Notes under the pieces: model-generated
The model's database searches: none
Seen by the model: only the letters and a program-made list of their open reading frames with translations
What the model was told of the DNA's origin: nothing
Made by a program: the position numbers and the translations under genes
Part shown: positions 36,462-46,649 of the stretch, one piece after another
How positions within the stretch are numbered: position 1 is the stretch's first letter
Layout: each line of letters opens with the position of its first letter
Assembly: GCA_030646995.1 (NCBI GenBank)
Contig: JAUSKF010000002.1
Span: 12,092 to 76,091 of the forward strand
Direction: 5' to 3'
Length of the DNA stretch: 64,000 bases
Source: a bacterium
GTDB lineage: Bacteria > Patescibacteriota > Minisyncoccia > UBA6257 > WO2-44-18

Positions 36462-38081
36462 ATGAGTAAACAAATTCTATTCAACGAAAAAGCCCGCGAG
36501 GCGATGAAAAAAGGTATTGATAAGCTGGCTCAAGCTGTCATTGCGACTCTTGGCCCGCGCGGCAAGGCGGTAGTTATTGAAAAGGGCTATGGCGCTCCGC
36601 AGGTTACTTTTGACGGCGTTACTGTTGCCAAAGAAATTGAACTCGAAGATAAATTCGAGAATCTTGGCGCTGATTTAATTAAACAGGCCGCTGATAAAAC
36701 CAATGATGCCGTTGGTGATGGCACCACTACTTCTATTGTATTGGCGCATTCTTTGATTGAAGAGGGCGAAAAGATGCTCAAATCCAAGGACGTAAATGTA
36801 ATTCAGCTCGCCGAAGATTTAAAGAAAGGCGCTCTTATTTTGGCGAAAAATCTTGAAGCTCAAAAAGAACCGGTGAATGATCTGGCGAAATTGGCTGAAG
36901 TTGCTTCACTTTCCGCGAAAGACAAAACCATCGGCGGCTTAATCGCTGAAGTAATTCACAAAGTTGGAAAGGAAGGCGTAGTCACCGTGGAAGATTCAAA
37001 CACCATCAGTAATTCGTATGAAGTAGTGGAGGGTATGCAGTTTGATCGTGGTTTCATCTCGCAATATATGATTACCAACAGCGAGCGGATGGAGTCCTCT
37101 TTGGAAAATCCGTATATTTTGGTTACCGATAAGAAAATTTCCGCCATCGCGGAGATTCTGCCGATTTTGGAAAAGGTGGTGCAAAGCGGAAAAAAGGAAA
37201 TGGTAATTATCGCCGATGATGTGGAAGGCGAGGCTCTGACTACTCTGGTAGTCAACAAACTCCGCGGCGTGTTCACCGTGCTTCCTTTGAAAGCTCCGGG
37301 ATTCGGAGATAGAAAAAAAGAAATGCTTCAGGATATCGCCACAATTACCGGCTCTCAATTTATTTCTGAAGAGCTTGGCAAAAAGCTGGAGGCGGTAGAA
37401 CTGGCCGATCTTGGTACGGCTCATCGGGTTGTGTCTAATAAAGACACCACCACAATCGTGGGCGGAAAAGGCGATAAGAAAAAAATTGAAGAGCGTGTTG
37501 CTCAATTGAAAGCCCAACTGCAAAAAGCGGAGTCCGGTTTTGATAAAGATAAATTACAGGAACGTTTGGGTAAGCTAGCCGGCGGAGTAGCCGTCATTAA
37601 AGTTGGCGCTCCGACCGAATCTGCCCAGAAAGAATTAAAAGATAGAGTTGAAGATGCTGTGGCCGCCACGAAGGCCGCGATGGAAGAAGGGATTGTGCCG
37701 GGAGGTGGAATGGCTTTGTTCTACGCAGGAATGGAATTACGTCATCCGCCAGCTGGCGGAAGCAGTATTGCCAACGATATTTTAATTGCCGCCTCCGAGG
37801 CTCCTATCCGCGCCATTGTGGAAAACTGCGGCCAATCTCCTGATTTTATTTTGAACCAACTTCCGAAGAAAGCGGGCTGGCAGGGTTTTGATGCCAACAA
37901 AGGAAAGATGGGGGATTTAAAGGCCGCCGGCATTGTGGATCCGCTGAAAGTCACCAAGACTGCCTTAATGAACGCCGTTTCCGTTGCCGCAAACTATCTC
38001 ACCATTGGCGCCGCCGTTACCGATATTCCTAAGAAAGAATCTCCAGTCGCCCCGCAGATGGGAGGAATGGGGGAGTACTAG
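36462..38081 (+). CDS. groEL: Chaperonin GroEL
   Basis: …[17 protein letters not shown]…, [10 protein letters not shown]…, C-terminal GGMGG-like tail; 539 aa. Confidence 0.95.
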   Translation: MSKQILFNEKAREAMKKGIDKLAQAVIATLGPRGKAVVIEKGYGAPQVTFDGVTVAKEIELEDKFENLGADLIKQAADKTNDAVGDGTTTSIVLAHSLIEEGEKMLKSKDVNVIQLAEDLKKGALILAKNLEAQKEPVNDLAKLAEVASLSAKDKTIGGLIAEVIHKVGKEGVVTVEDSNTISNSYEVVEGMQFDRGFISQYMITNSERMESSLENPYILVTDKKISAIAEILPILEKVVQSGKKEMVIIADDVEGEALTTLVVNKLRGVFTVLPLKAPGFGDRKKEMLQDIATITGSQFISEELGKKLEAVELADLGTAHRVVSNKDTTTIVGGKGDKKKIEERVAQLKAQLQKAESGFDKDKLQERLGKLAGGVAVIKVGAPTESAQKELKDRVEDAVAATKAAMEEGIVPGGGMALFYAGMELRHPPAGGSSIANDILIAASEAPIRAIVENCGQSPDFILNQLPKKAGWQGFDANKGKMGDLKAAGIVDPLKVTKTALMNAVSVAANYLTIGAAVTDIPKKESPVAPQMGGMGEY

Positions 38082-38088
38082 AGATAAA

Positions 38089-38119
38089 AAATCCGCCCTT
38101 TGTCAGGCGGATTTTTTAA
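38089..38119 (+). terminator. Rho-independent terminator after groEL
   Basis: atccgccctttgtcaggcggat followed by tttttt. Confidence 0.65.
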
Positions 38120-38243
38120 CCACTTCTTTATTATAGATTGACAAATCTAAAGAAGTGAGTTATCTTATTTGCAGTTCCGTAATGGCTTGATTAATCCAAC
38201 GGGATTGATCGCCAGCGCATACTTTCTTATTCAGGAGAGTCCT

Positions 38244-38510
38244 ATGAAGATGGACGAAAAAGCTACGTTCAGCACGGTAGTTATCGTAATTGCGTCGATG
38301 ATTGTCGCGATGAGTCTTTCGATTGCTTTCGGCTTTTTTGCCGGAATTGCAGGGATGATCTTCTCCATTGTGCTATTCCTGATGCTTGATTCCATCGATG
38401 AGAGTCTCTCCATGTTGGCCAGTGCCAAAGCTGCGGATAGTCTGGTGAATCAGAAAAAGCCCGCCGAAACCTACACTGACAAGGGTGAAAAAGTTGAAGT
38501 GAAGGCTTGA
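38244..38510 (+). CDS. Small hypothetical membrane protein
   Basis: AGGAGAG RBS before ATG 38244; 2 TM helices; terminator 38517-38546. Confidence 0.4.
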   Translation: MKMDEKATFSTVVIVIASMIVAMSLSIAFGFFAGIAGMIFSIVLFLMLDSIDESLSMLASAKAADSLVNQKKPAETYTDKGEKVEVKA

Positions 38511-38582
38511 AATTTGTCCGCCTCGACACCGAGGCGGATTTTTATTACTCTGATTCAGGTTAATTGAAATAAAAGAGGCGCG

Positions 38583-40088
38583 ATGAAACCCGACGAATAC
38601 GAGCTGACGCTGGCCGAGTGGGAATTTATCAAAACTTTTTTGACCGACAGGGGATTGCCGATTGATGTCGACAAAACCTTCAACGATGTGTATATCAAGA
38701 CCCGTTATTCGAAAGTTCGTTCGCGTTCGGAAATTTATGATTTTTCCACCGAGATTGCGCCTGGGCTAACCTTGGGATTGCCGTTTATTATGGCGAATAT
38801 GGTTTGTGTCGCGGACGCCAAGGCGATCGTGGCTCTGGAAAGAGAGGGCGGCCTCGGAATTCCTCCACAAATGTTGGAATTGAAGACGCGCTTGGAGATG
38901 TTGGATGAGATCGGCCGGAGAGATTCCGCGCTAATCGATAATCCGCTTACTATTTATCCCGACGCCACCCTGGAAGAAGCCAAAAAATTAATGGGTAAGC
39001 GCGGCGTTTCTAGTTTGATCGTGATCAACGGAGAAGATAGGCCGATCGGCATCTTGAGTACGCGAGACTGGATGTACGAAGCTGATGAAGGGAAATTCGT
39101 TGGCGATCTGATGGGCGGAAAAAGAAAACTTTACGCCGCCAAAAAGGGCATAAGCTTCGGGGAGGCGGCCAAGATCTTGAAGCGTCATGAGATTGAAAAA
39201 CTGCCGCTGCTGGGAAAGAATGGCGCTTTGGCCGGTCTGATCACGGCTCACGGCTTGTTCTACAAACACCATCATCCCCGCGCTACGCGCGACGAGAAAG
39301 GACGTTTTCTGAAAGTCGGAAGTGTAGGAGTCGGCCAATATTTCACCGCAGCTCATATGCGAGAGGTGGAAACGCAGGTCCGTAAAGGAATTTGTCTGTT
39401 ACTGATCGATACGGCGCGCGCGTTTTCTATTAACACCAAAGAGGCGGTGGAAGCGGTGCGGGCGCGGTTCCCTGAGCTTCCGCTGATGGTCGGCAACGTG
39501 GATTGTCCCGAAGGAGCGAAGGCTCTTTTCCAGTGGGGTGTGGATATCGTAAAAGTCGGCATCGGCCCCGGAGAGGCTTGCCGCACCCGCGAAGTCGGCG
39601 TCGGAATGCCCCAGCTTTCCGCTGTTGCCAAGTGCGCGGCGGTAGCGCGGATGGAATCAGTGAACGGAAAACGAAAATATATCGTTGCCGACGGGGGAAT
39701 GAAAAACCCGGGCGACATTTGCAAGGCGCTGGTTGCCGGAGCGGACGCGGTAATGTCGGGCTCGCTGTTCATTGGAGCCATTGAATCGGCCGCTGAAGCG
39801 AACGTGAATAAACATGGGTTGCGGATCAAAGAATACGTTGGTTCGGCTTCATCTAAAGCGCAAAAGGAGCGCATCAACCATGGAACACTTGTTAAAAAAC
39901 GTCGCCCCGAAGGTGTATCGCAAGAAATGCCAGTGCTGGGTACGATGGAAGAAGTAGTTGAGGAATTGGTCGACGGAATGAAGTCTACCCTTAGCTTCCT
40001 CGGAGCTTGGAATATTCAGGAACTGAAAACCAGAGGAAAATTCGGCTTGCAAACCTCCGCCGGACTGAAAGAAGGAATAAAAAAGTAA
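38583..40088 (+). CDS. guaB: IMP dehydrogenase family protein (CBS pair present)
   Basis: TIM-barrel blocks …GLPFIMANM…, tandem CBS domains, catalytic loop VGIGPGEACRTREV (Cys), …ADGGMKNPGDICKALVAGADAVMSG. Confidence 0.75.
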   Translation: MKPDEYELTLAEWEFIKTFLTDRGLPIDVDKTFNDVYIKTRYSKVRSRSEIYDFSTEIAPGLTLGLPFIMANMVCVADAKAIVALEREGGLGIPPQMLELKTRLEMLDEIGRRDSALIDNPLTIYPDATLEEAKKLMGKRGVSSLIVINGEDRPIGILSTRDWMYEADEGKFVGDLMGGKRKLYAAKKGISFGEAAKILKRHEIEKLPLLGKNGALAGLITAHGLFYKHHHPRATRDEKGRFLKVGSVGVGQYFTAAHMREVETQVRKGICLLLIDTARAFSINTKEAVEAVRARFPELPLMVGNVDCPEGAKALFQWGVDIVKVGIGPGEACRTREVGVGMPQLSAVAKCAAVARMESVNGKRKYIVADGGMKNPGDICKALVAGADAVMSGSLFIGAIESAAEANVNKHGLRIKEYVGSASSKAQKERINHGTLVKKRRPEGVSQEMPVLGTMEEVVEELVDGMKSTLSFLGAWNIQELKTRGKFGLQTSAGLKEGIKK

Positions 40089-40117
40089 TAACTGATGACT
40101 AACAACTAACGACTAAG

Positions 40118-40150
40118 AACCGGTACGCCCGCTTGCAAAAGCGGGTTTTT
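40118..40150 (+). terminator. Rho-independent terminator after guaB
   Basis: ccgcttgcaaaagcgg followed by tttttttt. Confidence 0.6.
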
Positions 40151-40153
40151 TTT

Positions 40154-40233
40154 ACCTACTGCTCAAAATTTTCAATTCAAAGAAGTAGAAAATTTTGTGT
40201 GCAGTAGCAATCCTGGGCGTAGCGTAGGATTAT
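40154..40233. repeat. Family A two-hairpin intergenic repeat element, copy 2 of 4
   Basis: tacctactgctcaaaattttcaattcaaagaagtagaaaattttgtgtgcagtagcaatcctgggcgtagcgtaggatta. Confidence 0.8.
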
Positions 40234-40291
40234 CTTGCAAAAAATCAACAGAAGTGTTAATATCTCGCCAGAACCCTAACAGGAAAGGAGA

Positions 40292-40642
40292 GTGCTCATG
40301 GTTCGTATGCACGACGGAGAGATGTATCTGGTATCTGTGGCGCACGGAGGCAGAGGGCATGGCGAAGAAATGTCGATGCTTTGTTTGGCCGACGACTTGG
40401 AGTTCGCGCTGAACACCGCCCGGACGGCCGAAAAGTTCGGCTATGACATTTCGCGCGGTGATGACGGCATCTTCATCTGGAAGTTTAATGTTAACGTTAT
40501 CTACGCAAATCGTTTTCCTATCTTCGAGCGGCGTCTGACTTATAAAAGGGTTTCCGACACGGAAAAATCTTGGGTCGAGCATTGGAACTCCGCCGCCCAC
40601 AAGGCTTTGGTTAAAAATAAGGTGGTCCGATCCCGCAAGTAG
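40292..40642 (+). CDS. Hypothetical protein, moderately GC-elevated gene (start GTG 40292 or ATG 40298)
   Basis: AAAGGAGAG RBS; 116 aa; local GC ~55%; terminator 40650-40680. Confidence 0.45.
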   Translation: MLMVRMHDGEMYLVSVAHGGRGHGEEMSMLCLADDLEFALNTARTAEKFGYDISRGDDGIFIWKFNVNVIYANRFPIFERRLTYKRVSDTEKSWVEHWNSAAHKALVKNKVVRSRK

Positions 40643-40757
40643 CATCACCCACCCCGCTTGAATAAAGCGGGGTTTTTTGTTCTGGGGAGAAGTCTATTTA
40701 TCATTTTAGTTATAATGTATAAAACGGTCTCCAATTATAAAAATAATAAATATAAAT

Positions 40758-41642
40758 ATGCCAGCAATATTAGTTATTCTCGTATTAGTGCTAGGAGGAG
40801 GGGCATCTGTCGCGTCGGAACAGGCTACTCCCGGTAGCTTGCTTTACCCCGTAAAGGTCAATATCAATGAAGGGGTGATCGGAGCGCTTTCCTTCTCAGC
40901 CAAAGCTAAGGCAAATTGGGATGTCCGGGTTACAGAGCGACGTCTTGAGGAAGCCGAAGAGCTTTCGGCGGAAGGGAAGCTTGATGCTGATGCTCGGGCG
41001 CAGATTGAAGAGAACTTTGCAGCGCATGCCGACCGGGTTCATGAGCGCATTAGTGATTTCCAGGCTCGCAGCGATTTCAACGCGGCCGCGGATGTGGCCG
41101 CCAATTTTGCAACTTCTCTCCGCGTGCACCAGACGATTCTTGAACGCCTTGCTCTAGAGAATAGTTCGCAAGCGGTTGAAGTAAACCACATAGTGGTAAA
41201 AGTTCGCGAGCAAGAGTTGGTGACTGCCAAAGAGCGAACCAAAGCGGAAGCAAGCGCATCTTCTCAAGCCAGCCCAGACGTGCAAGCGGCGGCAGAGGGC
41301 CGGATGGGAGCGGCGCAGAATAAGATTTCCGAGGTCAGAGCTTTTCTGAACCGAATGAAGACATCTCTCACCGCATCGGCAGTAGCCAACGCGGAAGCGC
41401 AATTAGCTGTTGCTGACAAGCTCTTCGCTGATGGAAAAGTAAAACTGGATGCGAAAGCTTACGCTGAAGCCTTTACGCTGTTTGGCAAAGCTCACGAAGC
41501 CGCTCAAGCGGTAAAATTGATGCTGGATTCCAGCGAACGACTCGATCTTGATATTCGCGTGGATACTAAGATGGATGTCGAGACTAGGACAACTAATTCA
41601 GCTGGAGTTAAAGTAGACGCTTCGGTAAAAATCGGTCTGTAA
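40758..41642 (+). CDS. DUF5667-like secreted coiled-coil protein (paralogue of 9582-10412)
   Basis: Signal/TM N-terminus then TPGSLLYPVKVNINEGV…ANWDVRVTERRLEEAEEL…, parallel to the other copy. Confidence 0.55.
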   Translation: MPAILVILVLVLGGGASVASEQATPGSLLYPVKVNINEGVIGALSFSAKAKANWDVRVTERRLEEAEELSAEGKLDADARAQIEENFAAHADRVHERISDFQARSDFNAAADVAANFATSLRVHQTILERLALENSSQAVEVNHIVVKVREQELVTAKERTKAEASASSQASPDVQAAAEGRMGAAQNKISEVRAFLNRMKTSLTASAVANAEAQLAVADKLFADGKVKLDAKAYAEAFTLFGKAHEAAQAVKLMLDSSERLDLDIRVDTKMDVETRTTNSAGVKVDASVKIGL

Positions 41643-41776
41643 GGTTTGGATCAAATAAAAATCCCCCAAAGAGGTTCACCCGCCTCCGGCGGGGGATTTT
41701 TTTATTTCTTTCCATTCCCACTTATTCCACTATTCGCGCGAATAAGGTCATAAGGGGAGTAGGGCGGGAGGAAATT

Positions 41777-42334
41777 TCACTGCAGCATTCCGTATTTTTT
41801 GTTCTGAGCCGTCATTTTCAGAAAGTAGGCCAAGCGAGTTTTTCGGCCTTGGTTCCAGGCGGAGGCAGTAATCCAAGCGATGCGAATCCGGCGATAATGC
41901 TCCGGAAACTTTTTAAAATTATTCCAGACTTGCATATCTTTTTTCATCGCCTTTTGTAGCCAGAGGGGGATTACAATCTTTCCGGCGTTTTCGGCTTTGT
42001 GGTGGCCCTTGGTGGCGGCGATTCCGGCTGGGTGCATCAATCCAGCCTTAAATAACCGGCGGGCTTTTTCTTTATTCAACTCCGACCAGCTACTTTTTGG
42101 ATTGCGCGGGCTGAACCTTTGAGCAAAGGAATCTTTATCAACCGTCTTCACGGTGCTGTCTATCCAGCCGAAACAGAGCGCCTCATTTACTGCGTCGCCA
42201 TATTCCACCCGCGGCTTGCCGGAACTCTTTTTGTAATAGACCAGCCAGATCTCTTTGGCCTTGGCGTGATTCTTCTCCAACCACTTCCGCCAAGTTTTCC
42301 GATTAGGAGCGTAAAAAAGTTTACCTAGTTTCAC
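41777..42334 (-). CDS. YdeI/OmpD-associated family protein (DUF1905 plus OmdA-like)
   Basis: …TWRKWLEKNH…EIWLVYYKK…YGDAVNEALCFGWIDS… conserved blocks of the YdeI-like family. Confidence 0.6.
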   Translation of the reverse strand: MKLGKLFYAPNRKTWRKWLEKNHAKAKEIWLVYYKKSSGKPRVEYGDAVNEALCFGWIDSTVKTVDKDSFAQRFSPRNPKSSWSELNKEKARRLFKAGLMHPAGIAATKGHHKAENAGKIVIPLWLQKAMKKDMQVWNNFKKFPEHYRRIRIAWITASAWNQGRKTRLAYFLKMTAQNKKYGMLQ

Positions 42335-42792
42335 TGTCTAAGATTTTTTATTTCTTCAAGTTCTTCTTCTGAATCACACCAAATAAGAGCCCAGTATTTT
42401 TCTCGGCCTAATTTTTCATATGCTCCGTAGCGGTGATTTCCATCTCGAACGGAAAAAATGCCGCCGGCGTAAGAAACAATAAATGGGGCGAGATCTCCCT
42501 CTGATTGAATATACTCAATCAAAGAATTAACTTTTCTATTCCAATTTTCTATGGATTCCTGATATTCCATTTCTTTTTCCGGACCACAACACCTTTCCAA
42601 CTTTTTCAGAGGGAAGAGCATGGGGCCAGCCCAGTACCTTTTTCGTTTCTTCAACCCATCGGCTAAGGCGGAATTTTTTCCTTCCGCGCGCAAAAAAGTA
42701 TCTATCCATTTTTCCAATTGGCCGTCTTGGGAGTGTTTTGTGATCTCTGCTATCAAGTCGTGATGGGTGGACTTATTGTTGGACTGATTCAT
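42331..42792 (-). CDS. Hypothetical protein with ParB/Srx-like motif (VRDGNHR)
   Basis: Overlaps the downstream gene by 4 nt (ATGA); …GIFSVRDGNHRYGA… resembles the ParB-like nuclease/NTPase fold motif DGxHR; 153 aa. Confidence 0.4.
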   Translation of the reverse strand: MNQSNNKSTHHDLIAEITKHSQDGQLEKWIDTFLRAEGKNSALADGLKKRKRYWAGPMLFPLKKLERCCGPEKEMEYQESIENWNRKVNSLIEYIQSEGDLAPFIVSYAGGIFSVRDGNHRYGAYEKLGREKYWALIWCDSEEELEEIKNLRQ

Positions 42793-42936
42793 CGAAAAAT
42801 TATAACACCAGCTTGAACAAAGGCGAGTTTTTCATTATTCTATGAAAAGACTTTGCTTCCGGCTCCTGCTCTGCGGGGGCTCGGGCAAGTCCAGGAAAAG
42901 TGTTCATTAAGTTAGGCGCACGTGCTATAATAGCAA

Positions 42937-43356
42937 GTGATGACCTCAAAAGAATTACGAATCGCAGGAGCAATGTTGTATGTAGGGGAGGGGACGAAAT
43001 TACGCAAAGATCCTCGCTACAAAAACACATTCATCTACGCTATTGAGCTCACTAATTCTGACCCGCAGATTGTCGCGCTGTTCATCAAGTTCTTGAAAGA
43101 AGAGCTGGAAGTTGATTTCAGTAAGGTTAGAGGCCAGCTCTTTATTTACCCCGACCTGAACCGGGAAAAGGTTATGCGGGTCTGGAGCCGCAAAACCGGG
43201 ATTCCGATTGCGCAGTTCCAAAAGGTCATTATGCTGAAACCGAGAAGTTTGGTATTCAGACATAGTCCGTTGGGAACTTTTAAAGTCCGAATGAGCAGTA
43301 AGGAGAAGTTTCTAAAGCTTCAATCTATAATTGAAAGCGTTTGGAAAAGCGTATAG
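42937..43356 (+). CDS. Possible single-motif LAGLIDADG-like endonuclease-fold protein
   Basis: N-terminal …SKELRIAGAMLYVGEGTK… resembles the LAGLIDADG helix (E-L-x-x-[LI]-A-G-x-x-x-G-[DE]-G-[ST]); 139 aa; adjacent to a tRNA. Confidence 0.35.
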   Translation: MMTSKELRIAGAMLYVGEGTKLRKDPRYKNTFIYAIELTNSDPQIVALFIKFLKEELEVDFSKVRGQLFIYPDLNREKVMRVWSRKTGIPIAQFQKVIMLKPRSLVFRHSPLGTFKVRMSSKEKFLKLQSIIESVWKSV

Positions 43357-43373
43357 TATCGACAAGTTAACAC

Positions 43374-43461
43374 GGAGGCGTCGCATAGCGGCCTAGTGCG
43401 TGCGCTTGGAAAGCGCATATACCGAAAGGTATCGAAGGTTCGAATCCTTCCGCCTCCGCCA
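43374..43461 (+). tRNA. tRNA-Ser (anticodon GGA), CCA encoded
   Basis: ggaggcgtcgcatagcggcctagtgcgtgcgcttGGAaagcgcatataccgaaaggtatcgaaggttcgaatccttccgcctccgcca; class II variable arm. Confidence 0.85.
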
Positions 43462-43624
43462 GTTGGGAAATGAAGTCATTGGCTCGCCCGCTACGCGGGC
43501 TCGCCAGCCGTTTTGAATTCAGTAAGGCCAGAAGCGGGTTTTTCTTTTCTGAATTGAATAAAACTGGTATCTTAATAATGTGTGAATATTGAGAACCTAT
43601 TGTGATAGGCGTGTAATAAAAAGT

Positions 43625-44563
43625 ATGAACCAAAAAGGATTTCCACAACTTATCTTAATGGTCGTTGTTGTAGTAGTTGTCGTGGCAGGAGGTGGTATTT
43701 GGTATTATCAGAAATCGGCTGAACAAAATAAACCTGTATCAGAGGTGCAAGTGGTCCCGGAATCGCCCTCTGTTCCAACCGAACAGCCCAAACAGCAAGT
43801 TAAAGAACAAGAACAGCCGCAAACAACAGAGGTGTTAAAACCTTCGGAGAAACCCGTTACTCAAGAAACCACAAACAATAATAGCCCGATTTCTCCTTAT
43901 TCGGTTATATGGAATAGCAAAGATTTTACCTGGTATCCAAATGGGACTCCGCCTGCCTGTCCGCAGCCGCTTACATTAAAAACGCCAGTAGATATGCAAT
44001 TGGTGACCGGAGCGTTATGGCCCGGTCAGGTGCGAGGTGGATACAAAGCCCACGGTGGTTTTCGATTTAATAACGACGGCACAAATGATATAACGGTTCG
44101 TGCTCCGGTTGGCAGCCATCTTATTCAAGCAAGTCAATATTTAGAGGGTGGAGAGAAACAGTATTTCTTTGTTTTTTCCGTTCCATGTGGATTTGTTTAT
44201 CGCTTAGATCACGCCAGAGTATTATCTGTGAAACTATCAGAAGCAGTAAAGAATCTACCGCCCGCGACCGAGGGCGATAGCAGGACAAGTTATATTAACC
44301 CTCCGGTGTGGGTAGATGCTGGAGAAGTTGTGGCTACTTCAATAGGAGTTACCAAAAATATATTTGTTGACTTTGGGTTGTACGATGTGCGAAAACCAAA
44401 TAATGTAACACCAAATCCAGCTTGGGCTGATCTTTATGCAGCCGATAAAGAATTCGGGCATTACGGAGTCTGTTTTTTTGATTATCTTTCCGGCAATGAC
44501 GGCACAACCATGCGCTCCCTTCCCACTGGAAAGGAGGGCAAGGTCAGCGATTATTGTAAATAA
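43625..44563 (+). CDS. Hypothetical secreted protein (signal anchor plus Pro/Gln/Glu-rich linker plus globular domain)
   Basis: ATG 43625 (MNQKGFPQLILMVVVVVVV…); 312 aa; no assignable family. Confidence 0.5.
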   Translation: MNQKGFPQLILMVVVVVVVVAGGGIWYYQKSAEQNKPVSEVQVVPESPSVPTEQPKQQVKEQEQPQTTEVLKPSEKPVTQETTNNNSPISPYSVIWNSKDFTWYPNGTPPACPQPLTLKTPVDMQLVTGALWPGQVRGGYKAHGGFRFNNDGTNDITVRAPVGSHLIQASQYLEGGEKQYFFVFSVPCGFVYRLDHARVLSVKLSEAVKNLPPATEGDSRTSYINPPVWVDAGEVVATSIGVTKNIFVDFGLYDVRKPNNVTPNPAWADLYAADKEFGHYGVCFFDYLSGNDGTTMRSLPTGKEGKVSDYCK

Positions 44564-44655
44564 AAAAGCCGAGTTTCTGGAAAAGCAAAATTGAGAAACA
44601 TAAAGAAATAATTTAAAAGACCCGCCTCATCGGCGGGTTTTAATTTATCAATTTA

Positions 44656-45276
44656 CTATGGCTCGAGCGGTGGGAGGGAATCGCCGGTGATGGCGTCGAT
44701 CACATCATTGATCTGAATCGGGGATTGGATCAGGCCCTCGGGCGGGGTGATTGTCGCGGTTTGGGGCTTGGTGTTTGGCTTCTTCACACCTACCGTAGTG
44801 CTGGTCGGGGTTGTGCTTATGGTACCTTTTACTTCTGGTTCAGGCTCGGTGTCTCCTTCGGGATTTTTGAGTTTACCCAAAGATTCGCGCGAAACAGTGA
44901 GCGCATCCTCGACAGCTTGTTTTACCTCGCCCTCGGCTTGCGGCACCACATCGGACAGTGCTTGCTCTTCCGCGGCGGCAAGATCAGCGACTTGATCGGC
45001 CAATTCCGGTTTTTGGCTTGAGACCGCGACCACTGCGTCAGTGGTGTTTTTGAGCGCGGCCAGGGTTTGGTTCACGATTTCAGTGGTTTCTTTATTCTCC
45101 ACAAGCTTGGCGACTTCCTGTATCGTCAAAAGCGACGGGTTTCTAACGCCCCGCTCTAAACCGCTAATGTATGTTCGGTGGACGCCCAAAACCCTTGCTA
45201 TATCGCCCTGCGACATTTCTTTTTGTAGGCGCACTTTGCGGACTTTTTGCCCGAATTTCGATACTTCTTTATTCAT
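44656..45276 (-). CDS. XRE-family helix-turn-helix protein with acidic/Thr-Pro-rich C-terminal extension
   Basis: …EMSQGDIARVLGVHRTYISGLERGVRNPSLLTIQEVAKL… HTH_XRE; start at ATG 45276 (MNKEV…) chosen, upstream extension possible. Confidence 0.55.
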   Translation of the reverse strand: MNKEVSKFGQKVRKVRLQKEMSQGDIARVLGVHRTYISGLERGVRNPSLLTIQEVAKLVENKETTEIVNQTLAALKNTTDAVVAVSSQKPELADQVADLAAAEEQALSDVVPQAEGEVKQAVEDALTVSRESLGKLKNPEGDTEPEPEVKGTISTTPTSTTVGVKKPNTKPQTATITPPEGLIQSPIQINDVIDAITGDSLPPLEP

Positions 45277-45667
45277 ATGCGTAAAATCCACTTGCAGATA
45301 TTTTAGCAAATGTTGTATAATTGGTCTATGGAGAGCAATTACTCTATAAGCATTTCGGGGAGAAGAGTTGTGTTGCCCGCGCAATGGGAGGGTTGGGCAA
45401 GGGCAACTCTATTTTGTTTTAGTGGCGGCGCATTTCTGAAATCCGAAACCCCCAGTCCGAAACCCGCCCACATTCCTCCCCAGACCCCTCCTGCGGGCGG
45501 GAAAAGAGCCGGGGCAGGGCGAATCCATTCCCCCAGACAAATTGTTTCGCCCTGCCGAGTCCGCTTTAATCATCTGGATTCTGCTCGAAATAGTTTCGAA
45601 CTTTGTCCAACAAACACCGCCAGTTATTAAGTTAAGCTATGCTTAGTTCAAAGGGGCCTAAACAAAC

Positions 45668-46189
45668 ATGGAACACTCAATCTACTTAGCGAAAGTAATC
45701 GGTTTAGTGAGTGTGATTGCCTCACTGGCAATTTTAGCGCGCTATAAGAGGAATATAGAGCTTGAAATAGAAGTGACGAAAATTCCCGGTCTGACTTTTT
45801 TGGCCGGATTCGGCATTCTCGTTCTCGGCGCCTTGATGGTGGTGAGCCATAACATCTGGGTAGCTGACTGGCGGGTTGTCATCACAATCCTCAGCTGGTC
45901 CGTGCTGTTGAAAGGAACTGGAAGGATCTTCGTCCCGGAAGCGGTGAAATATATGATTGAAAAGAAGCGCACCGTCCGCTGGTTCATCCTCGGCGAGATT
46001 GTTCTTTTGCTGGTTGGTTTATTCCTGATGTATCAAGGATTTGTTGCTCCGAAACTGGCCGAAAGTTACAAGCCCGGAATTCCTGATGGAGTAGCGTGCA
46101 CAATGGACGCGAAGATGTGCGCTGATGGTTCATATGTCGGCAGAGGCGGCCCGAAGTGCGAGTTCTCTAAGTGTCCGAATGAAATCTAA
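45668..46189 (+). CDS. Hypothetical membrane protein with Cys-containing C-terminal tail
   Basis: 4 TM segments then …GVACTMDAKMCADGSY…GGPKCEFSKCPNEI. Confidence 0.45.
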   Translation: MEHSIYLAKVIGLVSVIASLAILARYKRNIELEIEVTKIPGLTFLAGFGILVLGALMVVSHNIWVADWRVVITILSWSVLLKGTGRIFVPEAVKYMIEKKRTVRWFILGEIVLLLVGLFLMYQGFVAPKLAESYKPGIPDGVACTMDAKMCADGSYVGRGGPKCEFSKCPNEI

Positions 46190-46242
46190 AGGCCCCTCGT
46201 TAAGAAGGGGCTTTTTTATTTTACGCGGAACTTGATGCTAGA

Positions 46243-46635
46243 ATGAAGCAAATGAAAAAACTACCGCACGACAACGTTTGGACCCGTCTGATGCCTTCCA
46301 AAATCAGCGGCGTTGGCGTTTTTGCTATTAGAGATATTTCGGCCAACACTAATCTTTTCGAAGATGATGATGTAAAAATGGTTACGCTTCAGAAACCGGA
46401 AATTGATGCGATGGACTTGGAAACCAAAAAGCTCTACGATGATTTTTGCGTAATTAGAGGCGACAAATACATCTGCCCGCAAAACTTCAATGATATCACC
46501 GTGGGCTGGTTCATAAATCACTCCACGAATAATCCGAATGTCCGTTGTGATAAAAATCTTGTATTCCACAGCGCCAGAGATATCAAGGCAGGGGAGGAGC
46601 TCACGCTGGATTACTCAACTTACAGCGAAAAATAA
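46243..46635 (+). CDS. SET-domain protein (putative lysine methyltransferase)
   Basis: …GWFINHSTNNPNV… (NHSxxPN) and …GEELTLDYSTY (ELTFDY-like) SET signatures; 130 aa. Confidence 0.65.
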   Translation: MKQMKKLPHDNVWTRLMPSKISGVGVFAIRDISANTNLFEDDDVKMVTLQKPEIDAMDLETKKLYDDFCVIRGDKYICPQNFNDITVGWFINHSTNNPNVRCDKNLVFHSARDIKAGEELTLDYSTYSEK

Positions 46636-46649
46636 ATAAATGATCCCGT

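Noticed and set aside
43367-43648. 93-aa minus-strand ORF
   Set aside because: It entirely overlaps tRNA-Ser(GGA) and the downstream hairpins. It is an artefact of the ORF caller.
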